Virus record (IMG/VR): IMGVR_UViG_3300037307_000199
Location: 1-38,976 of that record
Length of the DNA stretch: 38,976 nt
Strand: one strand, 5' to 3'
From: a virus
Taxonomy: Duplodnaviria > Caudoviricetes
The position numbers and the translations under genes are program-made. How positions within the stretch are numbered: position 1 is the first letter of the stretch; every line of letters begins with the position of its first letter. Below are positions 16,694 through 23,969 of this stretch, one piece after another. Under the pieces are notes generated by a model, which saw nothing but the letters and a program-made list of their open reading frames with translations, did not search any database and was not told where the DNA came from.

Positions 16694-17962
16694 ATGGAAA
16701 AGTGGAAGAAGTTGATGGAGGAGGCGAAGGCCGCCGCCAAGGCAGCCCGAGACCTGCTCGAAAAGGCCCAGACCGAAAGCCGGGACCTCACCGCTGACGA
16801 GCGCGCCACCTACCAGGGACACCTGGACATGGCGATCGCCAAGCAGGCCGAGGCGACCCAGGCCAAGGCCGACGCCGATGCTATGGCTCAGCTCAAAGAG
16901 ATCGCCGACTTCATGGTCGAAGCCCCGGCCCCCGGGAAGACCCCGGCCGGCGCCCGTCTGACCCTGGGCGAGACCTTTGTGAAGTCCGCCACGTTCGAGG
17001 CCTTCCGCAAGGCCTATCCGGTTCTGAGCCCGGATACGCCGTTCTCGCTGCAGCCGGTCAAGGTGGGCACGCTCGCCGACTGGCACGCGAACCGCAAGGC
17101 CGCCGGCGACCTGATCGTGGTCGGCGACGCTCACGTGCAGGACGTCCGGATGCCGACCGTCGACCTCACGGTGAAGCCGCGGCCGACGCTGCTCGACCTG
17201 ATCTCTCGCGGCTCCGCGGCCGGCGACTTCGAATACCTCCAGATCACGGCCACCTACCCGGCCGCCGCGATCGTCCCGGAGGCGACCTCGATCACCGACA
17301 ACAACGCGCTGAAGCCCCTCTCCGACCTCTCGACTCAGCTCGCCTATGCCCGCGCCTTCACGTACGCGGACGGCTTCCCCGTGACCAACCAGCTCCTGAG
17401 CGATGCTCCGGCCCTGGCGACGTTCATGAACACCGAGCTGAAGTACAACCTCGACCGCCTGCTCGAGGACAAGCTCCTGAACGGCGACGGCTCCGCCGGC
17501 CAGCCGACCGGCCTCGATCACACGACCGGGACTCAGGTCCAGGGTTACACCGGCTCCGACGCGATCGACCTGGTGAAGGCGATCCGGCAGGCGATCACGA
17601 AAGTGACCACCGTCGGCGGACAGGTGACCGGGATCGTGATGAGCCCCGAGGACGACGAAGCGATCGACCTGATGCAGGATCTCTCCGACCGGTTCTACGG
17701 GCAGGGCCCGTTCGGCACCGGACCGCAGACCCTCTGGGGCCGGCCGCGGATCGTCTCCGACAAAATGACCCAGGGCACCGTCTGGGTCGGCGAGTGGAGC
17801 CAGATCGCCCTGCTCGACCGCGAAGGCCTCTCGATCATGGCCTTCAACCAGCACAGCGACTGGGCCCGCCGCAACCTGACCTACGTCCGCGCAGAGCTCC
17901 GCGCCCAGCAGGTTATCTGGCGCCCGGCCCGCTTCTGCAAGGTCGGCGTGGGCCTGAGCTAA
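16694..17962 (+). CDS. Major capsid protein, HK97 fold
   Basis: Coiled-coil delta domain; LLSDAP.L; LLNGDG...PTG; LWGRP; RN....RAE.R. Confidence 0.93.
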   Translation: MEKWKKLMEEAKAAAKAARDLLEKAQTESRDLTADERATYQGHLDMAIAKQAEATQAKADADAMAQLKEIADFMVEAPAPGKTPAGARLTLGETFVKSATFEAFRKAYPVLSPDTPFSLQPVKVGTLADWHANRKAAGDLIVVGDAHVQDVRMPTVDLTVKPRPTLLDLISRGSAAGDFEYLQITATYPAAAIVPEATSITDNNALKPLSDLSTQLAYARAFTYADGFPVTNQLLSDAPALATFMNTELKYNLDRLLEDKLLNGDGSAGQPTGLDHTTGTQVQGYTGSDAIDLVKAIRQAITKVTTVGGQVTGIVMSPEDDEAIDLMQDLSDRFYGQGPFGTGPQTLWGRPRIVSDKMTQGTVWVGEWSQIALLDREGLSIMAFNQHSDWARRNLTYVRAELRAQQVIWRPARFCKVGVGLS

Positions 17963-17972
17963 GCGAGGCACC

Positions 17973-18158
17973 ATGCACGAGATGGTCGAGATCGATGGGT
18001 GGCGATACCGCATAGAGGACGCCACCCGGCTCGGCCTGATACCGGCTCCGGCTCCGGAGGAGACTCCGGAGCCGGCTCCGCCGGCAAAGGTCAAAAAGGC
18101 GCCCGCGCCCAAGAACAAGGCCCGGACGTCGACCCCCAACAAGACAGGGGAGGAATGA
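17973..18158 (+). CDS. Small Pro/Lys-rich protein after capsid gene
   Basis: GAGG RBS; V.IDG.RY..EDA.RLGL then P..NKAR tail. Confidence 0.7.
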   Translation: MHEMVEIDGWRYRIEDATRLGLIPAPAPEETPEPAPPAKVKKAPAPKNKARTSTPNKTGEE

Positions 18159-18162
18159 GGAA

Positions 18163-18696
18163 ATGGCCGATGCCCTGGCGACACCCGGCGACCTGAACCT
18201 ATTCACGGGGCGCGATATCCCCTACGAGCAGGCCTCGATGATGCTCAGCCAGGCGTCGGCCGTTATCCGCAACCATTGCGCCTGGCATATCGCACCCTCG
18301 CAGACCGACACCCTGACCCTGAACGGCAGCAACGAGCCGCGCTTGTTCCTGCCGACCCTGCACGTGACCGCGGTCGCTTCGGTCCACGAGCTCGAGGAGC
18401 TCCTGGTGGCCGACGACGACTACACCTGGTCTGAGACCGGCTACCTCTACCGGGTCGGCTCCTTCTGGCCGGCCGACCTTCGCTCGGTCGTCGCCACCTT
18501 CACGCACGGCTGGGAGTTCGTGCCCGAAGACCTGGCCTCGGTCTGCCTCGAGGTCGCGACAAGGGCAATGGCTTCGCCGGCCGGCATCCGCCAGGAGTCC
18601 GCCGGCGGGGTGTCCGTGACCTACGCGATCCCCGGGGGGTTGACCGAATACGAGAAGGCAGTCCTCGAGGCCTACCGGCTGGGACCTCGCGTATGA
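18163..18696 (+). CDS. Head-tail adaptor (connector)
   Basis: LAT..DL; AS..IR..C.WHIAP; THG...VP.D; QES.G..SVTY; L..YRL. Confidence 0.85.
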   Translation: MADALATPGDLNLFTGRDIPYEQASMMLSQASAVIRNHCAWHIAPSQTDTLTLNGSNEPRLFLPTLHVTAVASVHELEELLVADDDYTWSETGYLYRVGSFWPADLRSVVATFTHGWEFVPEDLASVCLEVATRAMASPAGIRQESAGGVSVTYAIPGGLTEYEKAVLEAYRLGPRV

Positions 18697-19334
18697 TCCC
18701 GCGGATCCTCCACCAGATCTGGGTGGGCGGTCCTCTCCCCGATACGTTCGCCCGCTGGGCCGCCGGCTGGCGCCAGCAGCACCCGGGCTGGGACTATCAC
18801 CTCTGGGGCCAAGACGAGCCGATCCCCGAGCTCATAAACCAAGAGCTCTACGACCAGGCCGAGCACTACTGCCCCGGCTTCGAGGGGCAGCTCCGGTCGG
18901 ACCTGGCCCGCGTGGAGATCCTCCAACGCTTCGGTGGGGTATACCTCGACACCGACTTTGAGTGCCTGCGCCCGATCGACCCTCTGCTCGAGGGCGTGGA
19001 CGCCTTCGCCGGCTGGGAGATCCAAGACAAGGTGGTGAACAACGCGATCCTCGGCGCCGACCCCGGGCACCCGTTCGTCCGGCGCCTGGTGGCCGAGCTC
19101 CCGGCCTCGATCCGGAACGGCCGCGGCCGTCGGCCGAGCAAGATATCCGGGCCGCACTTCATAACGGCCTGCCTGGAGCGCTACGACGGCCCCAGAAGGC
19201 CGCGGATCTATCCGGAAGGGTACTTCTACCCCTACCGCTGCAACGAGCTCCAGAGGGCCTCTGAGAAGTTCCCGGAGGCTTATGCCGTCCACCACTGGAA
19301 CAACCAGCACCGCCTGCGAGGCCGGCAGCTATGA
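18693..19334 (+). CDS. Glycosyltransferase, GT32/OCH1-like (DXD)
   Basis: MIPRILHQIW.G, SDLARVEIL..FGGVYLDTD, NNA.....PGHPF, SGP, FYP, YAVHHW. Confidence 0.92.
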   Translation: MIPRILHQIWVGGPLPDTFARWAAGWRQQHPGWDYHLWGQDEPIPELINQELYDQAEHYCPGFEGQLRSDLARVEILQRFGGVYLDTDFECLRPIDPLLEGVDAFAGWEIQDKVVNNAILGADPGHPFVRRLVAELPASIRNGRGRRPSKISGPHFITACLERYDGPRRPRIYPEGYFYPYRCNELQRASEKFPEAYAVHHWNNQHRLRGRQL

Positions 19335-19891
19335 CCTTCGACCCGATCGCCTACTGGCAGATGCGCTACGCCCTCACCCGGCGGGGCTCCGGCCCCGGCT
19401 CCCGGGGCGACTACGCGGAGGCCAAGGCCGCGTATGTCAACCGCCTGATACGCCTCGGCCGGCTCCGGCGGGTGGTCGACTGGGGCTGCGGCGACGGGGT
19501 GGTGGCCGCCAAGATCCACGCGCCCAACTACACCGGCCTCGACGTATCCCCGGAGGCGCTCGACTCCTGCCGGCGCCTGGCCGCCGACCCGGGGCGCTCC
19601 TGGATCCTGTTCGACGGCTGGACACCGCCGGCCCTCGGCCGCCAAGACCTGGCGCTATCGCTCGACGTGCTTTTTCACCTCACCGACGACGCCCTCTACC
19701 GCCGCCACCTCGCGCTCGTGTTCGGGTCGGCCCGCTTCGTGTGCATCTCCGCCGCCAACCACGACGAGACCGTGGCCGAGCACGTGAGGCACCGGACCTT
19801 CCTCGACGATATCCCGGCCGGCTGGAGGATAGTCGACCGACCGGCAGACCCGAAAAAGATCGGACTCTACCTTCTGAGGAGGAGACGATGA
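19331..19891 (+). CDS. Class I SAM-dependent methyltransferase
   Basis: YW..RY...GSG.GS.G; VVDWGCGDG; YTGLDVS; SLDVLFHL. Confidence 0.88.
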   Translation: MTFDPIAYWQMRYALTRRGSGPGSRGDYAEAKAAYVNRLIRLGRLRRVVDWGCGDGVVAAKIHAPNYTGLDVSPEALDSCRRLAADPGRSWILFDGWTPPALGRQDLALSLDVLFHLTDDALYRRHLALVFGSARFVCISAANHDETVAEHVRHRTFLDDIPAGWRIVDRPADPKKIGLYLLRRRR

Positions 19892-20622
19892 GGATCATCA
19901 TCCAAGGGAACGGCATCGTCGGGCAGGCGACCACGCGGATCCTCGAGCGCGCCGGCCACAAGATCGAGCACCACGACCCGCCGCTCGGCCTCTTTGCCCA
20001 CGGCCCCGCCGACGCCCTGGTGCTCTGCACGCTCTGCGCCGACGGGACCATCCCCGAGCCGGTCGCCGCGACTCCGATCCTCGTGGTCCGCTCGACCGTG
20101 ACACCCGCGGCCCTGGCCGCGATCCCCGGCGTGCACCACTGGCCCGAGTTCCTCACCGAGCGCACCGCCGAATACGACGCCGACCATCCCGACAAAGTGG
20201 TGTGGGGCCACGACGGCCCCGACGCGCCCGCGATCGCGGAGCGCCTTCTGAGCGAGCACTACCGGGTGGCTCCGGTCCTCCACTGCTCGACCAAGGCCTC
20301 GGCCCTGATCAAACTCGGCATCAATGCGCACTACACCGCGAAGGTCCTGCTCGCCAATGCCCTCTGGGATGCGTGTGGAGCCCACGAAGCCACCTACCAG
20401 GAGATCTGCCAGGGTTTACACCTCGACAAGCGTCTTGCGCCTCTCACGCACGCGAACATATGGCAGGACGGCTACCGCGGCGCCGGGGGGAAGTGCCTGC
20501 CGAAAGACCTCGGCATCCTGGCCGGCCTGCTCACGGGCAGCCCGGCCGGCGCCATGCTCGAGGCCCTGGCAACCTACAACAACCAACTACGACTCGAGAC
20601 TCCGGAGGTCCCTGGATGCTGA
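19888..20622 (+). CDS. UDP-glucose/GDP-mannose dehydrogenase-family protein, short form (244 aa)
   Basis: GNGIVG Rossmann motif, RSTV.P, PEFL.E, K...N....KV..AN, D.R, GAGGKCLPKD catalytic Cys; GAGGAG RBS. Confidence 0.85.
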   Translation: MRIIIQGNGIVGQATTRILERAGHKIEHHDPPLGLFAHGPADALVLCTLCADGTIPEPVAATPILVVRSTVTPAALAAIPGVHHWPEFLTERTAEYDADHPDKVVWGHDGPDAPAIAERLLSEHYRVAPVLHCSTKASALIKLGINAHYTAKVLLANALWDACGAHEATYQEICQGLHLDKRLAPLTHANIWQDGYRGAGGKCLPKDLGILAGLLTGSPAGAMLEALATYNNQLRLETPEVPGC

Positions 20623-21413
20623 CCGTCTCCTGGGCGATCATGGCCCACCCGAAGCGCGCCGCCCTGGTGGAGCTCCTGCACGAGGAGCTCGGGGCTCCCG
20701 ATATCCCCGTGGTCTGGGACCGCAAGGACGACCGCTGGGACACCGGCCGCCGCTCCATGCTCGCCTACGACCCCGCCTGCTCGTACCATGCCGTGATCCA
20801 GGACGACGTGATCCCGGCCCTCGACCTGGTGGCCGGCCTTCCGAAGATCCTCGAGCGCCTGCCCGAGACCGCCCCGCTCTGCGGGTATGTCGGCACCGTC
20901 CGGCCGGCCGTGACCGAGATCGGACACGCCTGCAGGGAAGCCGAGCGGCTGAGGGCCTCGTTCATCCGGATGCACACCCTCAACTGGGGCCCGTTGATCG
21001 TGGTCCCGACCGCGGCGATCGAGGAAATGATCCGCTACTGCGACCCGCTGCGGGAGATCGCCAACTATGACCGGCGCCTATCGAGATATTGGGAGCTCGC
21101 TCGGCGCGAGCCGATCTGGTACACCTGGCCGGCCGTGGTCGACCACCGCGACGGACCCTCGCTCGTTCCCGGCAGGAACGGCGCCCACCGCAACGGCGGG
21201 GGGTCGCGGGTGGCCCGGAAGTTCCTGGCCGGCTCCGTCCTCGAGGCCAACTGGGACGGCGAGGTCGTGGACGAAAACTACTGCGGCCGCTACGCCGGCC
21301 GGCCCTGCTCAAGCTGGCGCCACAAGCCGAGCGGGAAGCGGATCACCGTCCCCAAGGACAGCCACCGCGCGAAGTGCCTGGCCGCCAACCGCCTCTGGGA
21401 GCAGATGCCATGA
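20616..21413 (+). CDS. Glycosyltransferase, GT-A fold, actinophage type
   Basis: IMAHPKR, VVWD, VIQDDVIP (DD motif), YD..L, YTWP.VVDHRDGPSLV; GGAGG RBS. Confidence 0.7.
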   Translation: MLTVSWAIMAHPKRAALVELLHEELGAPDIPVVWDRKDDRWDTGRRSMLAYDPACSYHAVIQDDVIPALDLVAGLPKILERLPETAPLCGYVGTVRPAVTEIGHACREAERLRASFIRMHTLNWGPLIVVPTAAIEEMIRYCDPLREIANYDRRLSRYWELARREPIWYTWPAVVDHRDGPSLVPGRNGAHRNGGGSRVARKFLAGSVLEANWDGEVVDENYCGRYAGRPCSSWRHKPSGKRITVPKDSHRAKCLAANRLWEQMP

Positions 21414-21754
21414 TGCCTTCATTCTTTCGAGCCACGATCACCAGGGTCCGCGCCCCGCTCATAGCGGACGGCTACGGCACCGCCGACAAGGAGCGCGACT
21501 GGACCCACGCGAGCCAACTGGTGATAACAGGATGCTCGGTCCAGCCGGCCGGCGGCTCCGAGTACAAGATCGGCCGCGAAGCCGTGATCACGACCTGGCG
21601 CCTCTACGCCCCGGCCGGGACCGACCTCGTGGCGGGTGATAGAGTCATATGGGACGAGGACCTCTACGACGTCGACGGGGATCCGCAGAGCTGGCCCTCG
21701 GCGACCGGCCAGTTAGACCACGTGGAAGCGATCCTCAGGAGGGTGGTGGGATAA
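21410..21754 (+). CDS. Head-closure (stopper) protein
   Basis: D.YG.....DW; GCSVQP; LYAP.G.D....DRV......YDVDG.P..W; HVE..L.RV.G. Confidence 0.85.
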   Translation: MMPSFFRATITRVRAPLIADGYGTADKERDWTHASQLVITGCSVQPAGGSEYKIGREAVITTWRLYAPAGTDLVAGDRVIWDEDLYDVDGDPQSWPSATGQLDHVEAILRRVVG

Positions 21755-22014
21755 TGCCGACGATCCTGCGCTTCGTGCACAACGCCCAAGGGATCGGGCA
21801 GCTCATGGGCTCGGCCGGTGTCAAGGCCGACCTCGAGGCCCGGGCCCACCGTGTCTGGGAGCAAGTGACCAGCGAGACCGACCTTCCGACCTTCCTCGAG
21901 GACCACTCCTCATGGAACCGCGCCCGCTACCGGGTGGGGATCGACAGCCCGCTCGCCAAACGCCTCGAGGCTAAGCACCGGATCCTCGGCCGAGCGATGG
22001 ACGCCGCACGATGA
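21754..22014 (+). CDS. Neck protein, HK97 gp10-like
   Basis: N..GI..L..S..V...L..RA; RAR..V; EAK...L.RA; TAATG overlap. Confidence 0.7.
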   Translation: MPTILRFVHNAQGIGQLMGSAGVKADLEARAHRVWEQVTSETDLPTFLEDHSSWNRARYRVGIDSPLAKRLEAKHRILGRAMDAAR

Positions 22015-22427
22015 GCCCCACCTTCGCCAACGTGCAGGAGCTCCTGATCACTTGGCTCCGGACCGAGCTCGCCCTGCAGACCGATCCCCTCGAGCACGAC
22101 GCCCTGGTGGCCGAGGACGTGCCGCCCGGCTGGGCGGGATCCCCGGCCTTGGTCGTGGTCCGGCGGTCCGGCGGTCCGGCCGAGTGGCCCGTGATCGACC
22201 TCCCCCGGGTCGACTTCCTATGCCGCGCCGACACCGAATACAACGCGCAGAAACTGGCCGCGACCGTCCGCGGCCTGATCGTCTACACCCTCAAGGGTTG
22301 CATCCTCCAGGGGAGGACCGTGTATCGTATCCGTGAGTTCTCGGGGCCCACGCGATACCCGGACCCGGCCGGCTCGCCGGTGCCGCTGGTGATGTTCACC
22401 GAGGAGATCCGGATCAGAGTCGTCTAA
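22011..22427 (+). CDS. Tail terminator protein
   Basis: V.VRR.GG......D.P.VD; SGP...PDP; position before tail tube gene. Confidence 0.8.
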   Translation: MSPTFANVQELLITWLRTELALQTDPLEHDALVAEDVPPGWAGSPALVVVRRSGGPAEWPVIDLPRVDFLCRADTEYNAQKLAATVRGLIVYTLKGCILQGRTVYRIREFSGPTRYPDPAGSPVPLVMFTEEIRIRVV

Positions 22428-22431
22428 GGAG

Positions 22432-22671
22432 GTGGAAAAGGTGTTCGTTCAACTCGCCTATCCCTGGCAGGGCCACCAGACCGATGAGGTCCTCGAGGTG
22501 GGAGAGGCTACCGGCCGGCGCCTGATCAAAGACGGGAACGCCCGGCCGGCGCCCGAGATCAAGAAGGCCAAACCGCAACCACGGAAAAGGTCCACCCGGG
22601 CACCTCTCGCTGAGGTCCCGACAAGTCCAGAAACGCCGGCCGATGCCGGCCCAGAAAGTGAGGGTGACTAA
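22432..22671 (+). CDS. Small hypothetical protein
   Basis: AAGGAG RBS; V.L......D..LEV....GRRLI.DG.ARP; low-complexity tail. Confidence 0.6.
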   Translation: MEKVFVQLAYPWQGHQTDEVLEVGEATGRRLIKDGNARPAPEIKKAKPQPRKRSTRAPLAEVPTSPETPADAGPESEGD

Positions 22672-23231
22672 TGGCTGGCGATACCGCAAACCCCCGTATA
22701 TGGGAAGGTGCCGACGCCTACGTGGCGCCATACGGCACGTCCGGACCAACTGACGTCGCGACCGCCTGGCCGGCCGCCTACAAGCCGCTCGGCCTGCTGA
22801 GCGAGGACGGCGCGACCGAGACCCGCGAGCAGGACAGCGCCGACCACTTCGCCTGGGGCGGGATCCTCGTCCGCACCACCCGGTCGAAGTTCAAGCGCTC
22901 CATGACGATCATCTGCCTCGAGGACAACCTCAACGTGTTCGAGATCGTCAACCCCGGCTCGACCACCGACACCGTGACCGGCCTCACGACCAGGACCGTG
23001 AAGGTGCCCTCCGGCGCCAATATCCTCGCCTACGGCCTCGAGCTCCGCGACGGCGATATCACCAAGCGTCGCCTGATCCCGCGGGGCGAGGTGGTAGAGG
23101 TGGGAGAGGTCGCCCTGAGCGACTCCGAAATGACCGCCTTCGAGCTCACGCTCTCGATCTATCCGGACGCCGACGGCGTTCTGTACTACGACCTGACCGA
23201 CGACCCGGCCGCGGCCGAGGACTGGAGCTAA
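22671..23231 (+). CDS. Major tail (tube) protein
   Basis: YVAP.GT..PT; LGLLSEDG; AWG; LE.N; FELTL..YPD. Confidence 0.9.
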   Translation: MAGDTANPRIWEGADAYVAPYGTSGPTDVATAWPAAYKPLGLLSEDGATETREQDSADHFAWGGILVRTTRSKFKRSMTIICLEDNLNVFEIVNPGSTTDTVTGLTTRTVKVPSGANILAYGLELRDGDITKRRLIPRGEVVEVGEVALSDSEMTAFELTLSIYPDADGVLYYDLTDDPAAAEDWS

Positions 23232-23241
23232 CCAACCATGC

Positions 23242-23270
23242 CGGGAGCCGGCGCCCCTGGCCGGCTCCCG
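23242..23270 (+). terminator. 11-bp GC stem-loop after tail tube gene (attenuator or mRNA stabiliser, no U-tract)
   Basis: CGGGAGCCGGC 23242-23252 pairs with GCCGGCTCCCG 23260-23270. Confidence 0.55.
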
Positions 23271-23298
23271 CGACTCACCTCAGGCAAGGAGAGTGACC

Positions 23299-23595
23299 AT
23301 GCCCGCCAACCCGAAAGCACCCGCGCCGGCACCCGACCTCGAGCCCCAGGCGGCGGCTACCGCCGAGACTCTGATCCCGTTCGAGTTCCGCGGCGAGACC
23401 TATCACACCCGCGCCCGGCCCACGGTGAAAACGATCCGCGCCCTCGGCCGGCAGGACTTCGACCTGGCGCTCGAGAGTCTGATCGGCGCCGAGGAGGCTG
23501 CGACCTTCTACCGCCGCCACGACAACGACGACGGCGTGGATACCTACAAGGAGTTTTTTGATGCTCTGGCCGAGCACCTCGGGGGAAACTTCTAA
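23299..23595 (+). CDS. Tail assembly chaperone (gpG equivalent)
   Basis: AAGGAG RBS; between tail tube and tape measure; ends ...LGGNF over slippery site. Confidence 0.85.
   Translation: MPANPKAPAPAPDLEPQAAATAETLIPFEFRGETYHTRARPTVKTIRALGRQDFDLALESLIGAEEAATFYRRHDNDDGVDTYKEFFDALAEHLGGNF
23583..23589 (+). promoter_or_regulatory. -1 programmed ribosomal frameshift site G GGA AAC
   Basis: X XXY YYZ heptamer in the correct phase just before the chaperone stop. Confidence 0.85.
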
Positions 23596-23966
23596 GCCTC
23601 GCGGCGCTTCTTCGGACTTGTCCCGGAGCCCTCGAGGCCGACTTCCAGCACTACTACCGGATAGACCTGCTCGACCTATACCGGGACCGGCTCGACGCCT
23701 TCAAAGCCGCCCGCCTGGCCGAGCACCTGCCGGCCGACTCAGCCGTCGCCCGCGCCAGCCCTGGCGAGGGCTACACGAGGGCAGACCACCTGCTCATGGC
23801 AGCGGTGGACCTGCTCGCGATCGGCAACTGGCAACGGGCCAACGCCGGCCAGCCCAAGAACAAGCAGACCAAGCCGCCCTCACCCCTGCCACGGCCTGGG
23901 GTGCCAAGGCGCGAACCTGTTACGCTGAAGCAGCTACTGGAACAACGCCGCCGCCTCGGGAGGTGA
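23586..23966 (+). CDS. Frameshift extension of tail chaperone (gpGT equivalent); not in the ORF track
   Basis: -1 frame open to TGA 23964-23966: ALEADFQHYYRIDLLD...LPADSAVAR...DHLL...NWQR...PSPLPRPG. Confidence 0.85.
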   Translation, partial: KLLSLAALLRTCPGALEADFQHYYRIDLLDLYRDRLDAFKAARLAEHLPADSAVARASPGEGYTRADHLLMAAVDLLAIGNWQRANAGQPKNKQTKPPSPLPRPGVPRREPVTLKQLLEQRRRLGR

Positions 23967-23969
23967 GCA

